A DNA stretch of 64,000 nt from Ereboglobus sp. (GCA_029974595.1 JARKRC010000063.1:149944-213943); one strand, 5' to 3'. Positions 50,086-58,671 are shown, counted from the first letter of the stretch. Made by a program: numbers and translations. Notes: generated from the sequence alone by a model not told the origin.

Positions 50086-53000
50086 TTATTGCTCCCAGTC
50101 CGCGTTTTTGAGTTTCAGCGTGGCGGCGTTTTCGGACACCGTGCGCTTCAGGTTTTTGTCCGCGCCGCCGGAGGCGTCGTTGAACTTCGCGTCGATTTCC
50201 AGCGTCACCACGACCTCCGCATTCGGGTTTGCGGCGAGGTGCTTGATGATTTCGTCGTAGATTACCCCGGCCTCGATTTTGCCGCTGGCCGTCTTTGACA
50301 GCACCGCCGTGCCGTGGAAGTGCCGCCACATCTCCGGCGGCGGGGCTGGCTCGGCTGGCGGGCTTGTCGGATCGATCGGCACGGTTCCATCCGGCGCTTC
50401 CGCGCCGTCCATGGACTCCGCAACGACTCCGGCTCCGCTCCGCTTGTTTGCATCCTCCAAATCCGCGGCGATCTGTGCCATCGCCGCGCACCCTTTGACC
50501 ACCAAGCCGGCGCCTCCGTCCGGCGGCAGTGCGATGCGCTCGCCGTGCGTCAGGCCCAGATACCGCTTCTTCGCGACGTCGTATTCGTCGGCGTAGGCGA
50601 AACCGTTTTCCGCCCACAGCAAATCCCCGTCGCCCACGCCGCTCACAACCGCATCCACAAGCGTCTCCGGCCCCTTCAGCCTCGGCAGATACAGGTAGCT
50701 CGCAAAATCCCTCGCGAGTTGCTCCACGCTCACATGCGCCTTGCCGCCCATGCCGTCGTCGCCCTCGCGCCATAGCAGCGATTTCTCCATCTCGCGCCGC
50801 AACGCCGCCGCGCCGAGCTTCCAGCAGAGCGCGTCCACGTCGCGCGCCCGCAGCCTTTTCGCGACGCGCGCGGCCAGCCCATCCGAGCCAGAAAGCCGGT
50901 GCTCGTTCCACGCCACGGGTGTCGTCGCCGATTCCTGCCACGGCACGAGCATCCAGCAAAAGGCCTCCTCAAGTTTGGGCGGGATGGCCTCGCCCGCCTT
51001 GTCGCGGTTGCGCTCTGCCTCGGTCTTATTGCGGTCCGTCAAATCGAGCCGCTTCGAGTCCTTTGCAATGCTTTCCCATGCCAGAAACAGCCGCGTCGCG
51101 TCTTCCACCTCGGCCAGCCGCTGCGCGTCCGCCCCCAGGAAAACAAGCGCGTTGCGAAACACGCGCGGCGCGTTGCCCCGTTGTTCGAGAAAATCCGTCG
51201 CGCGCGTCACCGCTTCCGATTTCTCCGTTTCGCCCGCGCCCGTGCGCCCGCGTGTGTGCGTGGCTTCCAGCGGGAGCACCACCAGCCGCGTCTCCATCTC
51301 GTCAGGCACGTCGCCGCTCGATTCCGGGAACTCGTGGATTTTTCCAAATTCGCCGCGCGCCTTCCGGATATTTTCGGAGACACGCTTGCGGATTTCGGCA
51401 GTCACGTCCTCCGGCTTGCCGCGCAATGCCTCGGCGCGATCCGCCGCCATGCGATTGAGCGTGGGCACCGTGTCGAACCACGAGCGCGTCCCGTCCTGGT
51501 GCAGATAAGTGGCCGTTTTGCCGAGGTGGCGCAGCGCGTCGCCTATGAACGCCAGCTCTTCGCCCGGCATCGCGCAGCCGAGTTTCACGCGATTGTCCTC
51601 CAGCCCGCGATTGTTTGCGCCCGCCTGGGGCGCGCTGCCGAGAAACACCGTGCGTGTCACGCGGCGGCACGCGGAAAATTTGCCGAGGTTGGGATTGTTC
51701 GTGTCGAGACGCGACGGCAGCGCGTCCGCCCCGTCCACCTCGCCCCCGATGACCGCCGCCCACGGCGCGGAAAGGTAGCGCATCCACTCGCTTTGCAGCA
51801 CCGCCACCGGCAGGTGGGCGGGCAGGATGAGCGGGTTCTTGTCGTCGTTGTGCCACAACGCGCGAATGACGCCCGCCATAAGGCGCAGCACGCCGCGCGT
51901 GCGCTGAAATTTCGCCATGCCGCCCCAGTCCTCGTAAAGCCGTTTGAACACTTCCGGATGCACCGGATACGCCTCGCGCATGCGCCGCTCGTAATCGGTA
52001 TCCCCGCATTCCGGCGGGAAATCCTGCCGCTTCGCATCGTAAAGCTCTGAGAACGCCCGCGCCGTCATGTCGCATTTCAATGCGGTTTCCGCCGTCAGCG
52101 GCTCGAACAGCCGTCGCCGCACAATCATAAAACTCTCCTCCGCCGACGCCGTGTGCCACGCGCTCGCCTTGCGCCGCACGACGTTGTCCAGGCGCGAGAG
52201 GGCGGTGCGCCCGCGCGGCCCGCCAAGCTCGATTTCGTCGCCCTGTCCCGCGCTGTCCGACGCGGGCAGCGACACCACCAGCAGCGCATTGCCCGCCGAG
52301 GCGACCGCCTCCGTGAGCGCCTGCGCAAATGTGAACTGCGTCTCGAAATCCCCGCCCGGCAGCTCGCGCCCGCCGCCCTTGTCCGGCAGCTCGCGCGCAT
52401 AGGCCACCCACTCGTCGATCAGGATGAGCGCGGGGCCGAATTTTTCCAGTAGCACGCCCAGGCGCGAGCCGGGGTTTGTCGCGTTCCCATCGTCGGCGCG
52501 CACGATGTCATAGGCCTCGCGCCCGCCAAGCTGCCACGCCAGTTCGCCCCACAGCGTCCTGACGCGCGTGCCGTCGCGCTTCGGGTCGAGGCCGCTCGCG
52601 GAAATCTGCGTGCCCACCAGCGCCACGCGCTTCACTTTTTGCGGCAGCGCGTTTTCGCCGCCCAGTTCCTCCAGCCCTGGCAAATCCTTCAGCGCCACGC
52701 CGGAAAACAGATGCCACAACGCCAGCATCGAATGCGTCTTGCCGCCGCCGAAATTCGTCTGCAACTGCACCACCGGATCGCCGCCCCGTCCCGCCAGCCG
52801 CGCCAGCGCGCCTTCGAGCAAACGCCGCAGGCTCTCCGTCAGGAAGGTCCGCCGGAAAAACTCCACGGGGCTCTTGTATTCCGCCGCCACGCCCTGCTCG
52901 CCGCCGAAAGCCACCTTCCACAAATCCGCCGCGAACTCCGCGTCGTTGAACTTCTCGCCGAGCACGTCCGCATGCGGCGTCACCACCTCGCGCCACGGCG

Positions 53001-53478
53001 ACAGCCCGCCCGTGATCTGCCCGTTGACCACCTGATACTGCGCATTGCGGCGCTCGTTGCTGATCTTTTTTTCCAGCGTCGCGCGGCTCAGGTCCGCCTT
53101 CATCTCGGCAAGCGCTTCCGCGCCTTTTGCATCGCCGACTTTTTCCAAAAGCCGCCGCGCCGTGTCCAGGGCGCGCTCCGTGTCGTCGTTGGAAAACGCC
53201 ACCTGGTGCGCCCAGCGGTTGCGGGCTTCGCCAAGCTCGTGGACATGCCCCAGTCCGTCGCGGCCCAGCGCGCGTTTGAAGAGCATCGTGTGCGCCATGA
53301 TGTTCAACGCACCCGCCGCGTCCCAGTTCGGCGCGCGGTCGCGCAAATCCGGCGCGATCTGGGCGCGCCAGTTTGTGCCAAAGGTTTTTTGCAGCTCTCC
53401 CGACACGTGGGCGGAGAGGGTTTTTTGCAGCAGTTCCATTGCCTTCGCGATGCGGTCGGTGTTGGTCAGTTTTGCCAT
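50086..53478 (-). CDS. HEPN-DUF499 P-loop ATPase
   Basis: N-terminal Swt1-like HEPN domain with Rx4H (RNRWAH, 53206-53223), Walker A NFGGGKTHS, and Walker B ALILIDEW. The body is large, about 1130 aa. Start set at MAKLTNTDRIAKAM. Confidence 0.88.
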   Translation of the reverse strand: MAKLTNTDRIAKAMELLQKTLSAHVSGELQKTFGTNWRAQIAPDLRDRAPNWDAAGALNIMAHTMLFKRALGRDGLGHVHELGEARNRWAHQVAFSNDDTERALDTARRLLEKVGDAKGAEALAEMKADLSRATLEKKISNERRNAQYQVVNGQITGGLSPWREVVTPHADVLGEKFNDAEFAADLWKVAFGGEQGVAAEYKSPVEFFRRTFLTESLRRLLEGALARLAGRGGDPVVQLQTNFGGGKTHSMLALWHLFSGVALKDLPGLEELGGENALPQKVKRVALVGTQISASGLDPKRDGTRVRTLWGELAWQLGGREAYDIVRADDGNATNPGSRLGVLLEKFGPALILIDEWVAYARELPDKGGGRELPGGDFETQFTFAQALTEAVASAGNALLVVSLPASDSAGQGDEIELGGPRGRTALSRLDNVVRRKASAWHTASAEESFMIVRRRLFEPLTAETALKCDMTARAFSELYDAKRQDFPPECGDTDYERRMREAYPVHPEVFKRLYEDWGGMAKFQRTRGVLRLMAGVIRALWHNDDKNPLILPAHLPVAVLQSEWMRYLSAPWAAVIGGEVDGADALPSRLDTNNPNLGKFSACRRVTRTVFLGSAPQAGANNRGLEDNRVKLGCAMPGEELAFIGDALRHLGKTATYLHQDGTRSWFDTVPTLNRMAADRAEALRGKPEDVTAEIRKRVSENIRKARGEFGKIHEFPESSGDVPDEMETRLVVLPLEATHTRGRTGAGETEKSEAVTRATDFLEQRGNAPRVFRNALVFLGADAQRLAEVEDATRLFLAWESIAKDSKRLDLTDRNKTEAERNRDKAGEAIPPKLEEAFCWMLVPWQESATTPVAWNEHRLSGSDGLAARVAKRLRARDVDALCWKLGAAALRREMEKSLLWREGDDGMGGKAHVSVEQLARDFASYLYLPRLKGPETLVDAVVSGVGDGDLLWAENGFAYADEYDVAKKRYLGLTHGERIALPPDGGAGLVVKGCAAMAQIAADLEDANKRSGAGVVAESMDGAEAPDGTVPIDPTSPPAEPAPPPEMWRHFHGTAVLSKTASGKIEAGVIYDEIIKHLAANPNAEVVVTLEIDAKFNDASGGADKNLKRTVSENAATLKLKNADWEQ

Positions 53479-53518
53479 GGGATTTGGGTGTTTGTGGTTA
53501 GTGGTTGAAGCGTGGTTC

Positions 53519-53620
53519 GGGGAGCGCACGCGTCTCGCGTGCTGGTTTTGGCGTCCCGCCAAAACCTGTTTGTTGTTCGGCGGGACGCCGGACAAAGCAC
53601 GCGGGACGCGTGCGCTCCCC
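53519..53620. repeat. REP-like palindromic element inside the operon
   Basis: Arm ggggagcgcacgcgtctcgcgtgctggttttggcgtcccgcc matches the reverse complement of ggcgggacgccggacaaagcacgcgggacgcgtgcgctcccc. About 35 of 42 nt pair. The loop is 18 nt. Confidence 0.85.
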
Positions 53621-53657
53621 GGCAGGTGTTTCTTGCATCGCGTGAATCGCACGCATG

Positions 53658-56522
53658 TCAGAGCAGTTTCCCCTGTTCCGGTTTTGCCGCCGGCGTCTCC
53701 GCCGCGAGCGCGGCGAGCACGCCCCAGCCGGAGACGAGCGCGTTGTAGCCCTGCGCGTCCGCGCCGCGCCCGCTGCGCTCGGCCATGTTGAACAAACGAT
53801 ATGCCAGCGAACGCGCGTCATCGGCGCGGTCGCCCATCTCGCGCATCAGCGCAGCCGTCGCGGGTTCGCCCGCGTTCTCGACATGCCAGAGCCGCACGAG
53901 GTGGTGCGTCATCTCCCAGACGGTTAGCCGTGAATCTGTTTTCGGCGACCAGTCGCGCGGCAGTTCCGCCGGGCGCAGCAGTCGTGCCTTGCCGCCGCCG
54001 CTTTCCAAAATCCCCGCTTCGAGCAATGCCGACACGGAGATGTTTTTCGCGTTGGCGAGCGTCTCCGCGTCGCCGTAACGCGCCGCGTCGAAACCGTATT
54101 GGGCAAACCAGGCCAGCGCCCAGCGCGTCTCGTGGTCGTAATCGCCCTCATGCTCGGAGAGCACGGCGTCCTTGACTTGGATGATGGTCGCCAGTGCCTC
54201 GGCCACACTCATCGCGTTGCCCTCATTGTCTTCTACCTGCTTGTATTTGGAAAACACGGCCATGCCGGGACCGATGATGGCCTGCTCCAAGTCCACCGGA
54301 GCGATGGGAGAACCACTCGTCATATCCGCCAATGCTTTTGGTAGTTCCGTGTTTAACTCGCGCAAAAAATCACGGCGTGAAATCGAACACGCGTTCTCAT
54401 CGCGCTTGCGGCAGACCAGGATGATGCTGGATGCAAGGGCATTTGTACCATTGCCAATAGTTCGGCCTTCTTTTTCCGTTCGCATTGGCCATGTTCCTGT
54501 GACTGCGAATCCAACTCGAATGACAGCTTCCAAAAACGTCGCCCAACCCGTGTTTGACCTACCTTCGGATTTCAGTTCCGACTGTTTGAACGCGTAGTAA
54601 ATCGTCACGGGAAACGCCGGATGCGACAATTTTGCGAGGTTCTCTATCGCGGAAGTCATGCCGTCCAAGAAAAATTTTTCCGCAGCCTCCTTACTCCCAT
54701 GACGATAAGGCGTAGCGACAAGTTCATCCGTTTTCGGCACCACCAATGTCCCGAATAATTCAGGGTATATCGGTCCCAGCGATTTCCTTAGCCAGACGTA
54801 GAAGAAATCCGACAAATCTGCATAGCTGATGTTGTCATAATAAGGAGGGTCGGTGGAAATCACCTTGTCTATGCTGATGCGTTGAGTTTGCGCGTCAGCT
54901 TGCATGGCATGTCCGGCACCATTCCCAATCAACGCTCCCAACCCTTTTATTTGCCGTTCGAAGAGGTTGTTAAAACTTCCCGTTGAATCGCTAAGAATGT
55001 TTGCTTCGGCAAAGTCCCAGACCATCGGAATTGCTTGCCGCGAGAAGACCGATCGCATCTGCGTATTTGGATGATTCCATCCGCAAATTGAAGAAGAGTG
55101 GTTCGCTAACTGACTTACAAGAAACCCTAGATATACGCTGACGGCTTCAGCGTAGTCTTGGACATCGGTTTCCTTCGCGTCTTGATGGATAATTTCTCTC
55201 ACTTTTTGCATCAAGTCGCCAAACGTCGTCAATGCCATCAGTTGCCGCGAAGTGAACAAGTCGCCCCAAGTAAAAAATCCATAGCCGCGGCCGCTCACCA
55301 GATTCGCCGTATCGCGGTTCATCGTCGGAAATGTTTCTCGAATGATTTTCGCTCGTTCTTCAAGTTCTCCCAAGTCGGTATCTTGGTTTGGAGGCAAATA
55401 GACTCGTCCTCGTTTGCCTTCGGCGACAACAGCCATGAGTCTGGCACCCATGCGTCCCTTCATACTCTCCTCTTTGATATATTTTCCGGGAATGATTGTT
55501 TGGGAGAAGATACATTTGAAATCGGAACCTTTGCTTCCCGATTTGGTGCCATTTTCTGCTCCTGCTGGTGGCTTGCCCATACGCACTTCGAAACGGTAAC
55601 TATTACCGCTGATAACAGGCTCCACCCACGCCTCTCTGCCTGCCTTCGACGACAGTATGAATGTTGAGGTCAACGGCACTTCCGCACCTCCGAGTGCAGG
55701 ATTTGGCGAGCGCACCGTCCGAGCCCATAGCCATGCAATCACCGTGAGTTCCTCGCCGAGGTAGCTGCGCAGGATGGGTTGTTTCTGCACCACGTCTTTC
55801 GTGATTTTGATTCTTGGATACAGTTCCGCGATGATTTTTTCCGCCTCCCGGCGCATCCACTGCCCGTAGTAACGCACGTCCTCGGCAAGCCCTGTCGCGC
55901 CCGGCCAGCCATGTTCGCGCGCGGTATCATTTTGTGCATCGGGATTGACTGGAGGACGTCCCGCGAACTTCGGTGGAATCTCAATCATGGCCTTGTTGAT
56001 GAGCACGGCCACGGGATTCAAATCGCTCGCATATGACTCCAGACCCAATCGCTGCGCCTCCAGCGGCAGCGCACCTCCGCCTGCAAACGGATCGTGAAAC
56101 GCCGGGAGTTTTTGGGAATCAAAGAGCTCGCCGGCGCAGGGGTGGTTTGCGTTGTCGGCACAGGTGCGTTCCCAGCTTTTGCGAATCTCCGCGCGCGCTT
56201 CGTTGAGGACGTCTTCGTTTGTGGTGTTTTCCCAAACCACCAGCTTCGTGATGATGGCGAACAACCGCTCTCGCTCCTTCTTGACGGACTCTTGTGTCGG
56301 AAACAGTTCGGGATGCGAGGATGGGTCATCCACCATCTGCGCGAAGATGACAGCCCGTGCGGCGGCGAGCGGGCGTCGCGCCCACCACAAATGAAGCGTC
56401 GAAGGATGGCCGTGCCGGATGGATTTTTCACGGGCGGCGGCGGCGTTGATGGCGTCGAGGGGTAGGGCGACCTCGATGAGTTTTTTGCGCACGACAGGCG
56501 CGCTGCTGATGGGTGTGGACAT
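53658..56522 (-). CDS. DUF1156-type DNA methyltransferase (N6A/N4C class)
   Basis: N-terminal signature KKLIEVALPLD...REKSIRHGHPSTLHLWWARRP. AdoMet motif I HDPFAGGGA (56073-56093). Catalytic motif STDPPYY (54840-54851). Start set at the second ATG (56522), because the first ATG (56552) lies inside a hairpin. Confidence 0.9.
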   Translation of the reverse strand: MSTPISSAPVVRKKLIEVALPLDAINAAAAREKSIRHGHPSTLHLWWARRPLAAARAVIFAQMVDDPSSHPELFPTQESVKKERERLFAIITKLVVWENTTNEDVLNEARAEIRKSWERTCADNANHPCAGELFDSQKLPAFHDPFAGGGALPLEAQRLGLESYASDLNPVAVLINKAMIEIPPKFAGRPPVNPDAQNDTAREHGWPGATGLAEDVRYYGQWMRREAEKIIAELYPRIKITKDVVQKQPILRSYLGEELTVIAWLWARTVRSPNPALGGAEVPLTSTFILSSKAGREAWVEPVISGNSYRFEVRMGKPPAGAENGTKSGSKGSDFKCIFSQTIIPGKYIKEESMKGRMGARLMAVVAEGKRGRVYLPPNQDTDLGELEERAKIIRETFPTMNRDTANLVSGRGYGFFTWGDLFTSRQLMALTTFGDLMQKVREIIHQDAKETDVQDYAEAVSVYLGFLVSQLANHSSSICGWNHPNTQMRSVFSRQAIPMVWDFAEANILSDSTGSFNNLFERQIKGLGALIGNGAGHAMQADAQTQRISIDKVISTDPPYYDNISYADLSDFFYVWLRKSLGPIYPELFGTLVVPKTDELVATPYRHGSKEAAEKFFLDGMTSAIENLAKLSHPAFPVTIYYAFKQSELKSEGRSNTGWATFLEAVIRVGFAVTGTWPMRTEKEGRTIGNGTNALASSIILVCRKRDENACSISRRDFLRELNTELPKALADMTSGSPIAPVDLEQAIIGPGMAVFSKYKQVEDNEGNAMSVAEALATIIQVKDAVLSEHEGDYDHETRWALAWFAQYGFDAARYGDAETLANAKNISVSALLEAGILESGGGKARLLRPAELPRDWSPKTDSRLTVWEMTHHLVRLWHVENAGEPATAALMREMGDRADDARSLAYRLFNMAERSGRGADAQGYNALVSGWGVLAALAAETPAAKPEQGKLL

Positions 56523-56523
56523 A

Positions 56524-56660
56524 GACAGGGCTTTTGAATGCTCGCGCGACATTCAGCCCTGTCGGGATGGCTTGTCCTGTGTGTGCCTTTTGCGGTGCCT
56601 GAAAACAAAGAGGGGGCGTATCAAACGCCCCGTCACAGGCACCGCTAAGAGCCCACACAG
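56524..56660 (-). promoter_or_regulatory. structured leader upstream of the methylase gene
   Basis: Hairpin gacagggc..gaatg/cattc..gccctgtc (56524-56563) encloses ATG 56552. A three-tier nested stem spans 56577-56660: ctgtgtg/cacacag, gcggtgcctg/caggcaccgc, ggggcg/cgcccc. Confidence 0.5.
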
Positions 56661-56919
56661 AAGCGCTACGACACGCCCCCAATGGGAGCTGCATCGAGCG
56701 CCGTCCTGTGTTTCGAAATTAGCGGTTTCGTGACGGACAGCAGCCGAAGCTACGCGAAAAAATTAAATGTATGGATGGAGGATTATTCTTGGCGGTGAGT
56801 GAGTGGTTGCAGGAAAGACGGAGCCAACAGCCACGCGTATTTTGCGCGAGTTCGCAAGCCCGCTCTTGCCGGAAATACTCCCGGCCGGACCAGTGCCTCG
56901 CCCCGCCAACGTGGAAATC

Positions 56920-57537
56920 TCACAAATACTCCCGGCGGCCTTCGAGGGCGCTCTTGAGGGTCACCGAGTCGGCATACAAAACACCGCCGCCGCTTGGGAG
57001 GCCGAAGCCGATGCGTGTGGTTTTCACAGGCTCGCCGTCTGTCGTTTTCGGCAGGTGCTGGGTGAGGAAATGGCATGTCGCCTCGCCCTCCACGTCGTTC
57101 GACAGGGCGAGGATCAACTCGCGCGCGCCGCCGGTTCCCACGCGCTCGAACAGCGGCGCGAGGTTCAACTGCCCGGGGCCCACGCCCGAGATGGGGGAAA
57201 GTTTCCCGTGCAGCACATGATACACGCCGCGATACGCGCCCGAGTGCTCCATCGCCATCAAATCCGGCACATGCTCGACGACGCACACCACGGACTGGTC
57301 GCGGCGTTCGTCGGCGCAAATCGCGCATACCGGCGCATCGCCGTTTCCTTCCGCGAGATTGCCGCAGCGCACGCAACGCTTTACCGCGCGCGCTGCCTCG
57401 TGCAGCGCCTCCACGAGCGCGGGCAGGCGCTCCGGTTTTTCGACGAGCAAGTGCATCGCAATCCGCTCCGACGACCTGAAGCCGAGCCCGGGAAGTTGCT
57501 TTAGCTGCTTTTGCAGTTTTTCGAACGAAGGAGTCAT
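56920..57537 (-). CDS. recR: recombination protein RecR
   Basis: HhH region (LPGLGFRSSERIAMHL), zinc finger CVRCGNL...CAIC, and a Toprim domain. Confidence 0.95.
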   Translation of the reverse strand: MTPSFEKLQKQLKQLPGLGFRSSERIAMHLLVEKPERLPALVEALHEAARAVKRCVRCGNLAEGNGDAPVCAICADERRDQSVVCVVEHVPDLMAMEHSGAYRGVYHVLHGKLSPISGVGPGQLNLAPLFERVGTGGARELILALSNDVEGEATCHFLTQHLPKTTDGEPVKTTRIGFGLPSGGGVLYADSVTLKSALEGRREYL

Positions 57538-57538
57538 G

Positions 57539-57664
57539 AAAATTACGATTTACGAATTACGATTTACGATTGAAGGAAGGGCGCTGCCGCGCCGGCGGGT
57601 TTACGCCGGTGGCCGGTTGTTTGGGGCTCTTCATTCGTAAATCGTAAATTGTAATTCGTAAATT
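57539..57664. repeat. intergenic hairpin with 7-nt-word arms (ATTTACG)n
   Basis: Left arm aaattacgatttacgaattacgatttacgattg. Right arm cattcgtaaatcgtaaattgtaattcgtaaatt. It fills the whole ybaB-recR spacer. Confidence 0.85.
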
Positions 57665-57668
57665 ATCC

Positions 57669-57977
57669 TCACATCAGGCCGGGCATTTGGAAGGCGGAGG
57701 TGACTTTTTTCATTTCCTCGTCGTTCTGTTCCTTCGCCTGCTTGGAGGCGTCCTGGACGGCGGCGAGGATGGTTTCGCTCACGAACTTCGGGTCTTCCTT
57801 CAAAAATTCCGGGTCGAGGGTGATCGCGAGAAATTTACCCGCGCCGTTGATCTTGATTTTGACTGCGCCGCCGCCGTGCGCGAACTCCATTTCCTTCGCT
57901 TCCATCTGGGCTTGGAGCGACTCGATCTGCCGCTGCATTTTCTGCGCTTGTTTGAGAAGTTTTCCGACGCCTGCCAT
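57669..57977 (-). CDS. ybaB: nucleoid-associated protein YbaB/EbfC
   Basis: KLLKQAQKMQRQIESLQAQMEAKEMEF...GGGAVKIKINGAGK. 102 aa. It is adjacent to recR, as is commonly seen. Confidence 0.9.
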   Translation of the reverse strand: MAGVGKLLKQAQKMQRQIESLQAQMEAKEMEFAHGGGAVKIKINGAGKFLAITLDPEFLKEDPKFVSETILAAVQDASKQAKEQNDEEMKKVTSAFQMPGLM

Positions 57978-58083
57978 GGTGTGTGTGGTATTGGTTGAGT
58001 GTTGGGAGGATTGGTTTTGAAAGGGAGTGAAATGCGCCAGATTCGCGAGTGGCAGCAAGCACCAATTGCGTCTCCGGTTTTGC

Positions 58084-58671
58084 TCAATCGACGCTTCTGC
58101 CGCCGAAGCCGCCGGTCGCCGCGATGCTGAGCAACACCGGCCAGAAACGTGCGGAGAGCGCCGCTTCGCCGGCGGCATGGCGTTCGAGCAAGGCGCGGCA
58201 GCCGGCGCGGTCGAGCAGGTGCACGCGGATGCGTTCGCCCTCGACGCCCGGGTTTTCCGACGGCGTGCCGGAACAGGTGGCGACGATGAACGCGATCGAC
58301 TCGTCGGTCATGCCCGGGGATGAAAACGTGGGGCCGCTCGCGGCATCCGCGGATGCGAGCGTGAGGCCGGTTTCCTCGGCGAGTTCGCGGCTGGCGCAGA
58401 CGGCGGGCGCTTCGCCGGGTTCGAGAAGGCCCGCGGGCGTGTCGAACACCCAGGCCTGCACGGGCACGCGCCATTCCTCAATTACGACGAGGCGGCGCCG
58501 GAGCGAGCCGTCGGCGCGGGGTTCCTCGTGAAACGCAATGATGGCGAGACCGTCGGTGCGCGGCGGGGCGTCAACGGGGCGGCGGCTCGCGTAGATCCAT
58601 TTGCCGCGCCGGCAAAGATTGAGCCAGCGCGTGGCGTGGAGGAGTTCCGGCGTCGTCGAGGGCTCGGTCAT
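58084..58671 (-). CDS. NUDIX hydrolase
   Basis: Nudix box GLLEPGEAPAVCASRELAEETGL. Confidence 0.8.
   Translation of the reverse strand: MTEPSTTPELLHATRWLNLCRRGKWIYASRRPVDAPPRTDGLAIIAFHEEPRADGSLRRRLVVIEEWRVPVQAWVFDTPAGLLEPGEAPAVCASRELAEETGLTLASADAASGPTFSSPGMTDESIAFIVATCSGTPSENPGVEGERIRVHLLDRAGCRALLERHAAGEAALSARFWPVLLSIAATGGFGGRSVD

Noticed and set aside
56771-57504. ORFs 56771..57220(+), 56783..57376(-) and 56803..57504(+) as possible extra cargo genes of the island.
   Set aside because: They overlap recR, which has clear motifs, in other frames or on the other strand, and they have shadow-ORF composition. The true non-coding gap is 56553-56919.
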